Below, in pieces: positions 62,307-64,000 of a stretch of 64,000 nucleotides of DNA. The notes below the pieces were generated by a model that saw nothing but the letters and a program-made list of their open reading frames with translations, did no database searches and was not told the DNA's origin. Origin of the DNA: Diadema antillarum (Eukaryota); contig NW_027271104.1 of NCBI RefSeq assembly GCF_040938485.1, forward strand, positions 1,240,001-1,304,000, in the 5' to 3' direction. Position 1 is the first letter of the stretch, and every line of letters begins with the position of its first letter. A program made the translations under genes and the position numbers.

Positions 62307-62583
62307 CCCTACTGGAAAGAACACAGTGTCTCACAGTGTGTTCACAGTGTGTTCACACAGTCGAAAATGTGAAAACGCTCGAATTTAACAGTGTGAAGAT
62401 GACTTGACACTGTGGTGTGGTTTTTCACAGAGTGTTCACATAGTGATGTTCCGTTTCACACTGTAAATTGATGATTCACACTGTAAATTGATGCAATGAT
62501 TCACACTGTGTTCACAATGTGTCCACACTGTGTTTCACATATCGTGTTTCACACTGTGGGACACTGTGCTCTTTTCAGCAGGG
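62307..62583. mobile_element. MITE with CCC...GGG termini and 2-bp CT flanks (EnSpm/CACTA-like)
   Basis: Left CCCTACTGGAAAGAACACAGTGTCTCACAGTGTG versus the reverse complement of the right end CCCTGCTGAAAAGAGCACAGTGTCCCACAGTGTG. Interior is rich in CACACTGT/ACAGTGTG subrepeats. CT on both flanks. Confidence 0.72.
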
Positions 62584-62840
62584 CTGTCACATCACGATAT
62601 GAGAAGTAACTATCATTTGCACATTAGATAGTGACTTTCCTTTGATGTTACTAGAGTCATTTTGACATTCATTTTCTTATGTTGACGAAATAGATCTACT
62701 GAATCAATGTCATTGTGTCACATTACATCTCACTTATATGAAGATATTGCACGACATGTCAATTTATGTTTGTCAGAATGAAAATAATTTCGATGCATGC
62801 ATTTGTACTGACTCTCTACTTCTTTGGCGTTATCCGTCAG

Positions 62841-63024
62841 GTCGACATCAACACAGTCGAAGCAAATGGCAGCGCCAAGCAACAGGTGGTGGTGGAGGTA
62901 AAAGAGGACGAAGATCGGGACCAGTGGGGCAGTCACATCGACTTCCTCCTAACATCCGTGGGCTACGCAGTCGGGCTTGGGAACGTGTGGCGCTTCCCCT
63001 ACCTCTGCTTCAAAAATGGCGGAG
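62841..63024 (+). CDS. SLC6/SNF-family Na+/Cl- dependent neurotransmitter or amino-acid transporter, N-terminal exon (partial; rest of gene beyond window)
   Basis: Exon bounded by tatccgtcag| and GGA G|GTTCGT. It encodes [10 protein letters not shown]...[36 protein letters not shown](G), the SNF TM1 signature. The subfamily cannot be assigned from one exon. Confidence 0.9.
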
Positions 63025-63219
63025 GTTCGTCTGCTCTTCCGTTTTTTTTCTTTTTTTTCTTCTTCAGTGATTTTCGTCTGAATTTATACGCATTCAGTCG
63101 CCTTCTCATCGTAAAAATCGTCTAGTTTTGAGATTTGAATGTTTGGTCTGATTGGTTCCCTAGAATCAAGCAAAAAGGATTTCAAACGTGTGCAAAAACC
63201 ATTTGAAGACTTATTTGTT

Positions 63220-63257
<38 letters not shown>

Positions 63258-63341
63258 CATATATTGTTTATGCTTTATCATATATCACATAAATGTTATA
63301 TATATATAACATTTCTATGATATGTATAGATCAAGTATGTA

Positions 63342-63391
<50 letters not shown>

Positions 63392-64000
63392 CATGTTTTC
63401 AATTAATCGCGGTGGTGTGGACAAGCGTAATCCGAAAATATTCAAGAATGTCATGCGTATAGGAGGATGAAATGAATCCAATCCAAAGGGGAGAGTCCCA
63501 AAATTGAATTTGGTGCCTCTACGTAAAAAGCATGTCCGAATATTTAGTATAATTTATAGTGCAAACTTGCGAAGCATCGCTGAACTACTTTGTGGAAAAA
63601 TCGAAGATCATTTTCGTCAATAAACTTAGCATGAGTTCATGGTGTTTGCAAAAGCTAACATTAATGTATTGTTCTCAATGCGGCAAATTTGATTACAGTA
63701 AACTAACACTAAAAACTAATCGTCACAATTAGGACGACGATAGGAAACACAGGTTAGTTCACTTCTGGTCTGAAGAAAACAACCAGCCAAAAACAACGTT
63801 ATCAATATCAAATAAGAAGGGCAAACAGCGTTCAGATGTGTTGCATTTTATGAGGCATATCAGTGACTATAATTTTTAAAAATATAACAAATAAAATTGC
63901 CGAAAGAGTAACAAAGTAAACGGATTTCAGTTTGACAAATTCTTCAGATATTCAGGTTTATCACGTAGAGCTTTAGTCCCTTTTTATACTCCCCTTAAAG

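Overview
AT-rich, intron-containing animal genomic DNA, most likely sea urchin, judged from protein similarity to echinoid arylsulfatase as recalled (no search run). It has microsatellites, many transposon remnants and two N gaps. The core is a cluster of three apparently intact six-exon arylsulfatase paralogs. A (5536-11058, minus, 576 aa) and B (15717-20565, minus, 572 aa) form a ~9.5 kb tandem duplication. C (31263-43621, plus, 563 aa) is more divergent and lies head-to-head with B. All three share intron positions and phases and keep the CTPSR formylglycine motif. Further right are an L2/CR1-group LINE whose APE+RT ORF has one frameshift, a diverged ~1.6 kb direct duplication, a decayed LINE ORF1 and one N-terminal coding exon of an SLC6 transporter that runs out of the window. 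The best second-look items are patchy near-identity between A and B exons (possible gene conversion), conserved promoter and intron footprints with a B-specific MITE insertion, enhancer- and insulator-like motifs, and a Penelope-type hammerhead-like motif at 3613-3668. No CRISPR, rRNA or bona fide tRNA gene was seen, and nothing here proves a wholly new system.
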